Below, piece by piece: positions 31,185 to 42,432 of a DNA stretch of 64,000 nt. A program made the position numbers and the translations under genes. This DNA comes from Anaeromyxobacteraceae bacterium (GTDB lineage: Bacteria; Myxococcota; Myxococcia; Myxococcales; Anaeromyxobacteraceae): the NCBI GenBank assembly GCA_047602405.1, contig JASGHJ010000002.1:3232001-3296000 (forward strand), in the 5' to 3' direction. Each line of letters begins with the position of its first letter. Position 1 is the first letter of the stretch. The notes beneath the pieces were generated by a model that saw only the letters and a program-made list of their open reading frames with translations, made no database searches and was not told the DNA's origin.

Positions 31185-32375
31185 GTGGACGAACGCCCCC
31201 GCGAGCGCACCTGGCTCTGCAGCGTCGTGTTCGTGGACATCGTCCACTACTCGGCGCAGTCGGTGACGCTCGAGCTCAACTGGAAGGGGCGGCTCAACCG
31301 CTACCTCGCGCGCTCCATCGAGGACGTCCCCGAGAACGATCGGGTGATCCTCGACACCGGCGACGGCGCCGCGATCTGCTTCCTCGGCGACCCCGAGGCG
31401 GCGATGTTCTGCGCGCTCCGGCTCCTCGACGCGTTCGTGAAGGAGGAGGCCGGGCCGGTGGGGATGCGGGTCCGCATCGGCGTGAACGTCGGCCCGGTGA
31501 AGCTCGTCCGCGACCTCAACGGCAACGCGAACGCGGTGGGCGACGGCATCAACGTCGGGCAGCGGGTGATGAGCTTCGCGGCGGAGAACCAGATCCTCGT
31601 CTCGCGCTCCTTCTACGAGGTCGCGAGCCGCCTCTCCGACAGCTACCTCCACCTCTTCCGCCACGTGGGCGTGCAGAAGGACAAGCACGTGCGCGAGCAC
31701 GAGCTGTGGGAGCTGCTCCCGCCCGACGCGGCGCCGCCCGCCCCCGGCCGCACGGCGCCGACCTCGCCGGGCGCGGACCGCTCCGGCGCGAACGGCGCCG
31801 CCCGCCCGCCCACCGGCGGCGCGGCCCGCCCGGGCCCGACCGCTGGCGCGGCCCGCTCCACCCCGCCCCTGGGCGCCGCCCCCGCGACGCCGCGGAGCAC
31901 GCCGTCCTCCCTCGACGCCGCCGCGGTCGAGCGGCTCGAGCGTCGGCTCGCGGCGCACGTCGGCCCCATCGCGCGCGTGCTCGTGCGCGACGCCTCGGCC
32001 CGCACGCCCACCGCGCTCGACGCCGTCCGGGTGCTCGCCGAGCACGTGCCCGGCCCCGAGAACCAGGCGCGCTTCGTCGAGGAGCTCACGGCCGAGCTCG
32101 CGCTCGTGCAGGTCGCCGGCCCCGGCGCGACGCCCGCGCCCGGCGCCCTGCCCGCCGCGTCCTTCGCCGCCCCCACGGGCGAGCTGCTCGACGCCGCCGC
32201 GCTCGAGCGCGCCATCCGCGCCCTCGCGTCGCACGTCGGCCCGGTGGCGAAGATCCTCGTCTCGCGCGCCGCGCCCGCCGCCGCGAGCGAGGCCGCGCTC
32301 TGGGCCGCGCTCGCCGCGCACGTCCCGGAGGGGCGCGAGCGCGACGCCTTCCTCGCGGGCGCCCCGCAGGGCTGA
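31185..32375 (+). CDS. Class III nucleotide cyclase with duplicated C-terminal helical domain
   Basis: VVFVDIVHYS, TGDG, RIGVNVGPV, GDGINVGQRV, ILVS; two LAxHVGP(I/V)A repeats. Confidence 0.85.
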   Translation: MDERPRERTWLCSVVFVDIVHYSAQSVTLELNWKGRLNRYLARSIEDVPENDRVILDTGDGAAICFLGDPEAAMFCALRLLDAFVKEEAGPVGMRVRIGVNVGPVKLVRDLNGNANAVGDGINVGQRVMSFAAENQILVSRSFYEVASRLSDSYLHLFRHVGVQKDKHVREHELWELLPPDAAPPAPGRTAPTSPGADRSGANGAARPPTGGAARPGPTAGAARSTPPLGAAPATPRSTPSSLDAAAVERLERRLAAHVGPIARVLVRDASARTPTALDAVRVLAEHVPGPENQARFVEELTAELALVQVAGPGATPAPGALPAASFAAPTGELLDAAALERAIRALASHVGPVAKILVSRAAPAAASEAALWAALAAHVPEGRERDAFLAGAPQG

Positions 32376-32400
32376 CGCCCCGGCGCGCCGCGCGGGGCCG

Positions 32401-33654
32401 CTACGGCACGCCCGTCGTCGGCGGGAAGAGCGTCGGGTGCTGCGCGAGCACCGTGCGCCTGAGGCCCGGCAGCGCGAGGTGGAACGCGAGGCTCGCGGCG
32501 AGCACGACGCCCGCCCCGACCGCGAGCGTGAGCGGCGCCCCGAGCCGCGCCGACACCACCCCGGCCGCGAGCGAGCCGAACGGCGACACGCCCACGAACA
32601 GCGTCGAGAACAGCCCCATCACCCGGCCGCGCATCCCGGCGGGCGCGAGCCCCTGCAGGAGCGTCATCGTGCCCGCCATCTGCGTGATGAACCCGAACCC
32701 GGCGAGCACGAGCCCGGGCGCCGCGAGCCAGGGGGTCCGCGCGAGCGACACCGCCAGGATCCCGACGCCGAGCGCCGTCGAGCCCCAGGCCACCCGCCGC
32801 CCGAGCCCGACGAGCCCCTTGCGCAGGAGGAGCGACACCGCGCCCCCGAGCGCCCCGACGCCCGCGCAGCCCAGGAGGGCGCCGTACAGGCCCGCCTCGC
32901 CGTGCAGGACCGTCGAGGCAAACACCGGCAGGAGGGTCTGGTACGGGATCGCGAACATCGACGACACCGCGAGCAGCGCGAGGAGCGCGCGCACGTGCGC
33001 GGTGCCGCCCGCGTAGGCGAGCCCCTCGAGGAGGTGCGCGCGGCGGCTGCCCTCCGGCGGGGGCGGCTGCGGCGGCGGCCGCATCACGAGGAGCGCGGCG
33101 TAGGTGCCGAGGAACGAGAGCGCGTTCAGGAGGAAGCAGATGCCCTCGCCGAACGCCGCGACCACGACGCCCGCGAGCGCCGGGCCGACCACGCGCCCGG
33201 CGTTCACGATGGACGAGTTGAGGGCGATGGCGTTCGGGAAGTCCTCGCCCGCGAGGTCGGCGAGGAGCGCCTGCCGCGCGGGGATCTCGAACGCGTAGGT
33301 CATGCCGAGCATCGCGGCGAGGACGAGCACGTGCCAGGTGCGGACCTCGCCGGTGAGCGTGAGCGCCGCCAGCAACGACGCCTGCACGATTGCGTTCGTC
33401 TGCGTGACGAGCACGAGCCGCCGCCGCGGGAGCCGGTCGGCGATCGAGCCCGCCCAGACGCCGAACAGGAACACCGGCGCGGAGCCGAGGAACGCGACGA
33501 GCCCGAGCAGGCCGGACGAGCCGGTGAGCCGCCAGACGAGCCACGACTGGGCCACCGTCTGCATCCAGGTGCCGGCGAGCGACACCGCCTGCCCGGCGAA
33601 GAAGAGCCGGAGATCCCGCTGCCGCAGGGAGCGCAGGGCGTCGGGCCAGCGCAT
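32401..33654 (-). CDS. MFS transporter (MFS_3 type)
   Basis: GQAVSLAGTWMQ, IADRLPRR, PARQA, NAIALNS, MRGRVMG. Confidence 0.93.
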   Translation of the reverse strand: MRWPDALRSLRQRDLRLFFAGQAVSLAGTWMQTVAQSWLVWRLTGSSGLLGLVAFLGSAPVFLFGVWAGSIADRLPRRRLVLVTQTNAIVQASLLAALTLTGEVRTWHVLVLAAMLGMTYAFEIPARQALLADLAGEDFPNAIALNSSIVNAGRVVGPALAGVVVAAFGEGICFLLNALSFLGTYAALLVMRPPPQPPPPEGSRRAHLLEGLAYAGGTAHVRALLALLAVSSMFAIPYQTLLPVFASTVLHGEAGLYGALLGCAGVGALGGAVSLLLRKGLVGLGRRVAWGSTALGVGILAVSLARTPWLAAPGLVLAGFGFITQMAGTMTLLQGLAPAGMRGRVMGLFSTLFVGVSPFGSLAAGVVSARLGAPLTLAVGAGVVLAASLAFHLALPGLRRTVLAQHPTLFPPTTGVP

Positions 33655-33669
33655 GGAGAGGGCCTCGCG

Positions 33670-35911
33670 CTAGAGCTGGATTTGGGCGCCCATCTCGACC
33701 ACCCGGTTCGGCGGGAGGCCGAAGAAGGTCGAGGCGGTCTGGGCGTTGCGGGCCATGACGATGAAGAGCTCGCTTGCGCCAGGTGGCCATCTTCGAGGGC
33801 CCGTTCGCGAGCAGGGTCTCGCGCCCCAGGAAGTAGGTCGTGTCCATCGGCACGAGCTCGAGCCTGGGCCCCGACGGGAAGCGCTTCGGGAGCGAGGCGA
33901 GCAGCGAGGGCACGTCCGGGCTCTCCATGAACCCGTAGCGCGCGACCACCTGGTAGAAGCCCGCGCCGAGGTCGACGAGGTCGACGCGCTCGCGCTCCGG
34001 CACGAACGGCACCTCGCCGGTGAGGACGGACGTGAAGACCACCCGCTCGTGCAGCACCTTGTTGTGCTTCAGGTGGTGCAGGAGCACCGGCGGCACGAAG
34101 CCGGTGTTGCCGGTCATGAAGACGGCGGTGCCGGGCACGCGCATGGGCTTTCTGCGCGTGACGTCGTCCATGAAGAGGTCGAGCGGGAGGCCCGCGCCGC
34201 GCATCATCTCGGCGAGCGCCACCCGGCCGCGCTTCCAGGTCGAGAGGAGGGCGAACACCCCGAGCGCCGCGGCGATGGGGAACCAGCCGCCCTCGTTGAC
34301 CTTCACGAGGTTCGCGCCGAGGAAGCCGAGGTCGACGAAGAGGAAGGTGAGCGTGAGCGCCCAGGTCGGGAGCCGCGGCCACTTCCAGAGATTGCGCGCC
34401 ACCCGGTGGAACAGGATGGTGGTCGTGGTCATCGTCCCCGTGACCGCGACGCCGTACGCGGAGGCGAGCGCCGCCGAGCTCTGGAACCCGATGACGAGGG
34501 CGAGGCACGCGATCCCGATCGCCCAGTTCACCTCCGGGATGTAGATCTGCCCGATCTCGGTGGAGGAGGTGTGGCGGATCGTCACGCGCGGGCAGTAGCC
34601 GAGCTGGACCGCCTGGTGCGTCAGGGAGAAGGAGCCCGAGATGAGGGCCTGCGAGGCGACCACGGCCGCCGCCGTCGCGACGCCGATCATCGGGTAGAGC
34701 GACCACGTCGGCGCGAGCAGGTAGAACGGGTTCCGCGCCGCCTCGGGGTCGAGCAGGACGAGCGCGCCCTGGCCGAGGTAGTTCAGGATCAGGGACGGCA
34801 TCACCACCGCGAACCAGGCGATCCGGATGGGCCGCCGGCCGAAGTGGCCCATGTCGGCGTAGAGCGCCTCGCCGCCGGTGATGACGAGCACGATCGAGCC
34901 GAGCACGAGGTAGCCGGTGACGCCCCCCTCGAGCAGGAACCGCACCGCGTGGCCCGGCCAGAGCGCCTCCAGCACGCGCGGCTCGGCGAGGATCCCGCGG
35001 ACGCCGAGGAGCCCGATCGAGAGGAACCAGACCAGCATGATCGGGCCGAAGATCGCGCCCACCGCGTGGGTGCCGCGCCGCTGCACGACGAAGAGCCCGA
35101 GGATGATGCCGACGGAGATCGGCACGACGAAGTGCGACAGCTGGGGCGCCGCGACGGTGAGGCCCTCCACCGCGCCGAGCACCGAGATGGCGGGCGTGAT
35201 GACGCCGTCCCCGTAGAGGAGCGCGGACCCGAAGAGGCCCACCATGAGGAGCACCGCCCGCCGCCGCCCGCCCTGCTTCAGCCCGACGAGGGCGAGCAAG
35301 GCGAGGATCCCGCCCTCCCCCTTGTTGTCGGCCCGCATCACGAACGAGAGGTACTTCACGACCACGACGAACGTGATCGACCAGACGACGAGCGAGAGCA
35401 CGCCGAGGACGTTCTCGTGGGTCGGCGCGACGCTGTGCGCGCCGGTGAAGCACTCCTTGATCGCGTAGAGCGGGCTCGTGCCGATGTCGCCGTACACGAC
35501 GCCGAGCGCGCCGAGCGCGAGGCCGGCGAGCGCCGCGCCGCGGGGGCCGCGGCGGCCGTGGCCGGGGACCGGGGTCAGGTTCGGCGAGGTGGCCGGCCGG
35601 GCGACCTTCGGCTCCGGCCGGTCGGGCGGCGGCGGCGCGTCCTTCGCCTTCAAGGCCTCGGGGTCTGGCGGGTGCATCACCGAGGCGACCGCCGGCCGGG
35701 TCGGGGCCGACGCCGCGGGGGTCGGGGCGGGGCCCGGGGCCGGGACGGACCCCGCCGGCGGCGGGACCACGACGGCGACCTGGCCCGGCGGGACCGGGGC
35801 TGGCGCGGGACGTTGCGGTCCGGGTTCGGCCGGCTTCGGCTGGACGCCGCCCTCGGACGTCGTCGTCGGGGGTGCGGCGGTTCCGGGTTCTCTTGAGGGC
35901 GAGTCGGCCAT
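33670..35911 (-). CDS. kup: Potassium transporter Kup with Pro-rich N-terminal extension; apparent +1 frameshift near 33770
   Basis: GVVYGDIGTSPLY, DNKGEGG, GDGVITPAIS, EALYADMGHFG, GQIYIP, HNKVLHE; tail LFIVMARNA...RVVEMGAQIQL is in the adjacent frame. Confidence 0.95.
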
Positions 35912-36090
35912 CAGGGGCGCTGCGAGGGGCGGGAGGTAAGCATGAGCGGCCCGTTGCGTCGAGGGCTCGTGCCGGGACGGCGCCCAAGCACTTGATTTTA
36001 GGCGACCTGGGCGTGTCGAGCACGCGCCCCGGAGCCCCGCAATGGGGGGTCTCGGCGAGCCCCGAAGCAGGATAAGAGGTGCTCCCCCCG

Positions 36091-37465
36091 ATGAAGCAGC
36101 TCCGCTCCGAGATGGCCGCGCTGTCGCGGCTCGCCCTCCCGCTCGCCCTCGCGCAGGCCGGGCAGGCGCTCATGGGCATCGTGGACGCTGCGGTGGTCGG
36201 CCGCGCCGGCGCCGGGGCCCTCGCGGCCGTGGGGCTCGGGACCGCGTTCACGATGACGCTCGCCGTGACCGGGATGGGGGTCATGCAGGGGCTCGACCCC
36301 CTCATCTCGCAGGCCGTCGGGGCGGGCGACCGGGTGGGCGCCCGCCGCCTCCTCTGGCAGGGGCTCTGGCTCGCCCTCGGCGTCGGGGCGGCGCTCACCC
36401 TCCCCTTCCTCTTCGTCCCGCGGGTCCTCGTCCCGCTCGGCATCGAATCCGGCGCTCGCCGGGCCCGCGGGGGACTACTTCCTCTGGCGGCTCCCGGGGC
36501 TCCCCGCGTTCTTCGCGTACATGGCCGCGCGCGCCTACCTGCAGGCCCTCGGCCTCGGCCGGCCGATGGTGGTCGCGACCGTCCTCGCGAACGTCGCGAA
36601 CCTCTTCCTCGACGTGCTGCTCGTCTACGGCGGGGCCGGGCTCCCGGCCTGGGCCGGGCCGCTCCGGCTCGTCCCCGCGCTCGGGGCGACCGGCGCCGCC
36701 CTCGCGACGACGCTCTGCACGGTGCTCCAGCTCCTCGTGCTCGTCCTCGCGATCCGCGCCGCCGATCCCGGCGTGGCGCCGCCGGCGCGGCGCCCCGACC
36801 CGCGCGTCCTCCGGGCCGCGCTGCGCGTCGGCTGGCCGGTCGGGGTCCACCTCGGCGCCGAGGTCGGCGTCTTCGCGCTCGTCGGCTTCCTCGCCGGCCG
36901 CCTCGGCGAGCTGCCGATGGCGGCGCACCAGCTCGCCATCTCGGTCGCGAGCTTCACCTTCACGTTCGCGGTCGGCTTCGGGCAGGCGGGCTCGGTGCGG
37001 GTGGGCTGGGCGGTGGGCGCGCGCGACCGCGAGGCGGCGCGGCGGGCCGGGCTCGCCGCGTTCGCCTCGGGCGTCCTCTTCATGACCTTCGCCGCGGCGG
37101 CGTTCCTCCTCTTCCCGGACGCGATCGCGGGCGCGTTCTCGAACGATCCCGACGTCATCGCGCTCGCGTCCCGGCTCCTCGCCGTGGCGGCGGTCTTCCA
37201 GCTCTTCGACGGGCTCCAGGGCGTGGGGGCGGGCGTCCTGCGCGGCGCGGGCGAGACGCACTTCACGCTCGTCGCGAACCTCGTCGGGCACTGGCTGCTC
37301 GGGTTCCCGGCGACGCTCGCGCTCGGCTTCTGGCTCGGCATGGGCGTCATCGGGCTGTGGTGGGGGTTCGTGCTCGGGCTCGGCACGGTGGGGCTGCTCC
37401 TCGTGGGGCGGTTCCTCGTCGTCTCCTCGAGGGAGATCCGTCCCTTGTCGGCCGGGCTGCATTAA
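36091..37465 (+). CDS. MATE family efflux transporter (NorM-like); apparent +1 frameshift at 36445-36449
   Basis: LALPLALAQ, VDAAVVGR, SQAVGAG, AAHQLA, FQLFDGLQ, GVLRGAG; removing one A from GAATC restores GIDPALAG. Confidence 0.92.
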
Positions 37466-37474
37466 CCTCGGGGC

Positions 37475-37909
37475 GTGCGCCTCACGCTCCCCCAGCCCTT
37501 CGAGGACCTCGACCACACCGCCGACGCGGGCGTGCGCGTCACGGGCGCCTCGGCCGGGGACGCGCTCGCCCGCCTCGTGCTCGCGCTCGGCGCGCTGCTC
37601 TCGGGCGGCGCGCCGGTCGCCGAGGAGCGCGAGGTCGCGCTCGAGGTCGCGGGCGGCCCGGACCTCGCCGGCGCGGCGGTGGCGCTGCTCCGCGAGGTGC
37701 TCTACCGGTGCGAGGTGGAGCGCGCCCTGCCCGCCGCCTGCGAGGTCCTGCGCGTCGACGCCGCGGGGGCCGCGGCGCGGGTGTGGCTCGGCCGGCGGGG
37801 CCCGGCGCACGACGGCGGCCTCGACGTGAAGGCGGTGACCCGGCACGCCGCGGCGCTCGAGCAGGACGCGGACGGCGGCTGGATCGGGCAGGCGGTCTTC
37901 GACCTGTGA
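37475..37909 (+). CDS. Archease
   Basis: DHTADAG, VKAVTRH, terminal VFDL; directly upstream of rtcB. Confidence 0.92.
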   Translation: MRLTLPQPFEDLDHTADAGVRVTGASAGDALARLVLALGALLSGGAPVAEEREVALEVAGGPDLAGAAVALLREVLYRCEVERALPAACEVLRVDAAGAAARVWLGRRGPAHDGGLDVKAVTRHAAALEQDADGGWIGQAVFDL

Positions 37910-37931
37910 CCCGAGGGAGGCGAGGCGCGCG

Positions 37932-39392
37932 ATGACGAGGCCCCGGACGACGACGACGCTGCGCCGCGTGGAGGGCGACCTGTGGGAGATCCCGCGCGAG
38001 GGCGGGATGCGCGTCCCCGGCCGCGTCTACTCGGCGGGCATGCCCGCGCCGGACGACCCCGCGCTCCGGCAGGTCGCGAACGTCGCGCACCTCCCCGGCA
38101 TCCTGCGCTTCGCGCTCGCGATGCCGGACGTGCACTGGGGCTACGGGTTCCCGATCGGCGGCGTCGCCGCGGTGGACGCCGAGCACGGCGCGGTCTCGCC
38201 CGGCGGCGTCGGCTACGACGTGAACTGCGGCGTGCGGGTGGTGACGACCGCGCTCACCGAGGACGAGGTACGGCCGCGCCTCGCGGACGTGGCGGCGCGC
38301 ATCCAGCGCGAGGTGCCGGCGGGCGTCGGCTCGACGTCGGCGCTGCCGGCGCTCTCCGACGAGGACCTCGACGACGTCCTCCGGGAGGGCGCGGCCTGGG
38401 CCGCGCGGCGGGGGTTCGCCGCCGGCGAGGACGACCCGGCCCGCTGCGAGGAGGGGGGCCGACTCCCGGGCGCGGACCCCGCGGCGGTGAGCGCGCGGGC
38501 CCGGGCCCGCGGCCGGGACCAGCTCGGCACGCTCGGGAGCGGCAACCACTTCCTCGAGGTGGACCGGGTCGCCGAGGTGTACGACCCGGCCGCCGCGGAG
38601 GCCTTCGGGCTCGTGCGGGGCGCCGTCGCGGTCCAGATCCACTCCGGCTCCCGCGGCCTCGGCCACCAGGTCTGCGACGAGACGCTCGACGCGCTCGCCC
38701 GCGATCCGGGCCGCTTCGGCGCGGACTACGCCCGGCTGCCGGACCCGCAGCTCGCCTGCGCGCCGGTCGCGAGCGAGGAGGGCCGCCGCTACCTCGCCGC
38801 CATGCAGGCCGCCGCGAACTTCGCCTGGGCGAACCGCCAGGTCATGACCGGCCTCCTCGTGCGCGCGCTGTCCGCGTCGCTGCGCGTCCCGGAGGCCCGC
38901 CTCGGCGCGCGGCTCCTCTACGACGTCTGCCACAACGTCGCGAAGCACGAGGACCACGAGGTGGACGGGCGCACCGTGCGCGCGCTCGTGCACCGCAAGG
39001 GCGCGACCCGCGCCTTCGGCCCGGGCGACCCCCGGGTCCCCGCGCCGTACCGGGCGGTGGGACAGCCGGTGCTCGTGCCCGGCGACATGGGCCGGTGCTC
39101 GTTCGTGCTCGCCGGGACCTCGCGCGCGATGCGCGACACCTTCGGCAGCTCCTGCCACGGCGCCGGCCGGGTCCTCTCGCGCGGCGAGGCGCTCCGCCGG
39201 GCGCGGGGCCGCTCGATCGCCCGCGAGCTCGAGGCGCGCGGGATCGAGGTCCGCGCCCGCGCGCCGAAGACGCTCGGGGAGGAGATGAGCGAGGCCTACA
39301 AGGACGTCACCCGCGTCGTCGCGGTGATGCACGACATGGGCATCTCCCGGCTCGTCGCCCGGCTCGAGCCGCTCGCGGTCGTGAAGGGCTGA
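37932..39392 (+). CDS. rtcB: RtcB RNA ligase
   Basis: MPDVHWGYGFPIGGV, GYDVNCG, LGTLGSGNHFLE, HSGSRG, HRKGAT, PGDMG, HGAGR, AYKD. Confidence 0.96.
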   Translation: MTRPRTTTTLRRVEGDLWEIPREGGMRVPGRVYSAGMPAPDDPALRQVANVAHLPGILRFALAMPDVHWGYGFPIGGVAAVDAEHGAVSPGGVGYDVNCGVRVVTTALTEDEVRPRLADVAARIQREVPAGVGSTSALPALSDEDLDDVLREGAAWAARRGFAAGEDDPARCEEGGRLPGADPAAVSARARARGRDQLGTLGSGNHFLEVDRVAEVYDPAAAEAFGLVRGAVAVQIHSGSRGLGHQVCDETLDALARDPGRFGADYARLPDPQLACAPVASEEGRRYLAAMQAAANFAWANRQVMTGLLVRALSASLRVPEARLGARLLYDVCHNVAKHEDHEVDGRTVRALVHRKGATRAFGPGDPRVPAPYRAVGQPVLVPGDMGRCSFVLAGTSRAMRDTFGSSCHGAGRVLSRGEALRRARGRSIARELEARGIEVRARAPKTLGEEMSEAYKDVTRVVAVMHDMGISRLVARLEPLAVVKG

Positions 39393-39431
39393 GCCGAGGC
39401 GTTCGCGGCCGGGCGTGCGCACCTTGCGGTC

Positions 39432-39659
39432 ATGAACGGGGAAGGCGATAGGAGGGTCCCTGTCCTGCAGGTGCTCCGCGGGGGCCGGCGGCCGGACGCC
39501 CCGGCCCGCAAGCCCCAGGCGCGGCTCCGGGTGCTGGAGGGCGGCGAGGCGAGCGACCTCGCGGCGGCCCTCGAGGAGACCGTGCAGGCGGCCCGGCGGA
39601 TGCGGCGGGAGATCGAGGAGCGCATCGCGCGCTCGCTCGAGGACCCGCGGAAGCTGTGA
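39432..39659 (+). CDS. Small hypothetical protein
   Basis: Fills gap after rtcB; repeated L(Q/R)VLxGG motif and coiled-coil-like tail. Confidence 0.55.
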   Translation: MNGEGDRRVPVLQVLRGGRRPDAPARKPQARLRVLEGGEASDLAAALEETVQAARRMRREIEERIARSLEDPRKL

Positions 39660-39695
39660 CGCCCGCCCCTGGGTGCGCAGCACCGAAGCCGAGGG

Positions 39696-42275
39696 CTAGC
39701 CGTTGAGCCGGGCGTAGCCGGCCTCGCCGGGCGCCGACATGGGCCAGTACTCGACCGCGTCGAGCACCACGTTCACGGCGTCGGTCGAGAACCCGAGCCG
39801 GCTCCTTGCGATCGAGCCGAGCACCGACCAGGTCGTCCCGTCCGGTGAGGTCTCGAGGTACACGGTCCCCGACTGCTCGCGGATGCGCCACCGCGCCTGC
39901 GCGGTGGGCGACCAGGCGGTGGTCCCGAGCGTCACCTGGGCGCCGCCGATCGTCGCGTAGGCGGAGAGCTCGCCCCACTCGAGCCAGAAGCCGAGGTCGT
40001 CGGTCTCGGCCTTCGGCGGCGGCGCCTGGAGCCGCACCTTCTGGTTCACGTTGCCGCGCGCGACCGCGGAGGCGACCCCGACGGTGAGCGAGGAGCCGGT
40101 GAGCGCGTAGGTGCCCACGCTCGTGACGAACGCGCCCGAGGGCGCCGCGCCGGCCGCGGGCGCGATGGCGAGCACGCCACCCGACGCGGTGACCTTGCCC
40201 CCGCCCATCGTCGACACCGTCCACAGGGAGGCGTCGACGGCGGGGCCGGTGAAGGGATCCTTCAGGGTGGCGAGCGCGGGCGTGCCTGACGGAGGTGGGG
40301 GCGGAGGAGGAGGAGGCGGAGGCGCCGCGACCGCCGTCGAGTACGTCCAGGCGGTGACGTCCTGCACCGCCGTGAGCCCGCCCGTCCCGGCCGTGAAGCC
40401 GGCCCAGGCCTTCGTGCCGCCCACCGCCGCGGGCAGGTCCACGGCGAAGCTGCGCGTGAACGCCGCGCCGGTGGTCGCGTCCTTCACGGTGAGCGCGAGC
40501 GCGCCGTCGGCGTAGACGAGCTGGACCGCGATGGGGTGGCCCGCCTTGAGGTTCACGCCCGCCCCGCCCAGCGAGAACGCCGGCGTGGTGGGCGAGGTGC
40601 CGCCGAGGTAGAGCCCCGTCGAGCCCGTCCCCTCGCCCGCGTTGTCGTAGAGGTCGAGCTTCACCGCGGCCGAGCGCGCGATCCCGGCGGGGCCACCGGG
40701 CCGGTCCGGCCCGTAGCCGAGCCCGCCGCCGTCGGGGCCGAGCGCGCCCGTCCCCACGCCCTGCAGCGTGAAGGTGAGCCCGTCCGCCTGCGCCTGCGCG
40801 AGGGAGACCGTGAACGCGGTCGTGAAGCGATCGACCGGGACCTGCACCGGGAAGAAGGCGCTCCCGGCCTCGTGACCGCCGCCGTCGGTGAGCCGGAGCG
40901 CGCTGCCCTGGAGCCGCGCGCTGCCGTTGAGCGCGAGCCCGCCGGCGCCGAAGCCGGCGTGGTAGTCGATGACGAGGTCACCCGAGGGCGGGGGGGGCGG
41001 CGGAGGAGGAGGCGGCGGGGGTGGGGGCGGCGCCGCCGCGAGCGCGAACCGCGCGTCGGCGAGCGTCACGATCGGATCCCACCACCCCTTCCCGAACGCG
41101 CAGTTCAGGGACGGCGCCCCGTCCGGGAGCCGCTCCGGCGCGGTGGGGTACCCCTTGAACCCGTGGCTGTCGTCGAGCACCTCGAAGGTGCCGAAGCCGC
41201 GGGAGAGCTGGTAGTGGCGCAGCTCGTAGTCGTTGCCGCCGCGGAAGTGGACCGTGCAGACGTGCAGGTCGCCGCCCGCGAGCGTCACGGCGGGCTGCAC
41301 CGCCCAGTCGCCCGGCGCCTCGACGCGCGTGCGCGCCCCGAACGCCCGGCCGTCGAAGTGCCGGTGGTAGAGCTCCTCGTAGGGGTCCTTGTAGACGAGG
41401 TGCAGGCCGCCTGCGCCGTCGGCGACGGCCGAGAACGCGGCCCCGTGGTAGACGTGATCGCCGTCGGGGAACGCGTTTACCGGCGCCGACCAGCGGTCGA
41501 CCGGATCGGCGTCGTCGCGGACCGCGAGCCGGGCCGGGTCGTCCCACGAGTAGTCGCCCCACAGCGCGAGCAACCGCCCACCGAGCGAGACGACCCGGCC
41601 GCCGCCGAGCGTGCCGACCCGCGCGAGGTCCGGCTGGCGCGCGAAGCTCGCGCCGCCGTCGGTGGAGACCCAGAGGGCGAGGTCGTCGCCGCAGGCCTCG
41701 CAGGCGTCGCGCAGCCAGGCCTGCACCCAGATCCGGCCCACCGAGTCGACGGCGAGCGTCGCGCGGTGGAAGGCGCGGCCCGCGGGCGGGGACGCGATCG
41801 TCACGCGCGCGTCCGGCGCCCAGCCGCCCGCGCCGTCGTACCGGAGGCGCTGGAACGCGACGACCCGCCGGGGATCGTCGCCGTCCGGCGGGAAGGTCGA
41901 GCCGGTGGTGTCGTACGAGTAGACGGCGAGGACGTCGTCGCCGAGGACGGCGAGGTCCGCGGTCATCATCCGCGGCGAGCCCACGAGGAGCCGCGCGAAC
42001 GACCACGTCGCGCCCTCGTCGTCGCTGCGCCACAGCCCCAGCCCCTCCGGCGCGTCCGGGCCGGCGCCGTACTCGTTCTGCGCCGCCAGGAGGTGCACCG
42101 GCGCGCGGCCCGCCGGGGCGACCCGGACCAGGTGGCGCTGCGCGACCGTCGCGAGCGCGTCCGGGCTGCCCACCTCGCCGAGGGTGGTCGCGGTCGCCGC
42201 CGACGCCCCTCCCGGCGCGAGCAGCGTCCACGCACACACCACCCCCGGCAGCCAGGCCGCCCGAGCCCCCCGCAT
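39696..42275 (-). CDS. Secreted multidomain protein: BNR/sialidase-like propeller, legume (L-type) lectin, second beta-sandwich, poly-Pro linkers
   Basis: Asp-boxes SDDEGATW and [33 protein letters not shown]; two poly-Pro runs. Confidence 0.8.
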   Translation of the reverse strand: MRGARAAWLPGVVCAWTLLAPGGASAATATTLGEVGSPDALATVAQRHLVRVAPAGRAPVHLLAAQNEYGAGPDAPEGLGLWRSDDEGATWSFARLLVGSPRMMTADLAVLGDDVLAVYSYDTTGSTFPPDGDDPRRVVAFQRLRYDGAGGWAPDARVTIASPPAGRAFHRATLAVDSVGRIWVQAWLRDACEACGDDLALWVSTDGGASFARQPDLARVGTLGGGRVVSLGGRLLALWGDYSWDDPARLAVRDDADPVDRWSAPVNAFPDGDHVYHGAAFSAVADGAGGLHLVYKDPYEELYHRHFDGRAFGARTRVEAPGDWAVQPAVTLAGGDLHVCTVHFRGGNDYELRHYQLSRGFGTFEVLDDSHGFKGYPTAPERLPDGAPSLNCAFGKGWWDPIVTLADARFALAAAPPPPPPPPPPPPPPPSGDLVIDYHAGFGAGGLALNGSARLQGSALRLTDGGGHEAGSAFFPVQVPVDRFTTAFTVSLAQAQADGLTFTLQGVGTGALGPDGGGLGYGPDRPGGPAGIARSAAVKLDLYDNAGEGTGSTGLYLGGTSPTTPAFSLGGAGVNLKAGHPIAVQLVYADGALALTVKDATTGAAFTRSFAVDLPAAVGGTKAWAGFTAGTGGLTAVQDVTAWTYSTAVAAPPPPPPPPPPPSGTPALATLKDPFTGPAVDASLWTVSTMGGGKVTASGGVLAIAPAAGAAPSGAFVTSVGTYALTGSSLTVGVASAVARGNVNQKVRLQAPPPKAETDDLGFWLEWGELSAYATIGGAQVTLGTTAWSPTAQARWRIREQSGTVYLETSPDGTTWSVLGSIARSRLGFSTDAVNVVLDAVEYWPMSAPGEAGYARLNG

Positions 42276-42432
42276 GTCCCCTCCCCGGCGCCGCGGACGC
42301 GGCGCGCTCCCCCGAGAAAAGAGGCGCAATGCCGCGCGGGGCGGCAAGCGCCGCGAGCGGGGTCCGCCCCGGACCGGCCGCGTCCCCGGGAGGCGCCGTG
42401 CCCGCGCCGCCGGGGGCGGTTACAACCGGGGC

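Noticed and set aside
31185..32375. Pycsar or CBASS antiphage system
   Set aside because: No adjacent cyclic-nucleotide-binding TIR or TM effector; context is sensory signalling
37475..39392. Archease-RtcB as a novel system
   Set aside because: Well-described RNA repair pair; no rtcA, rtcR, Ro or Y RNA seen nearby
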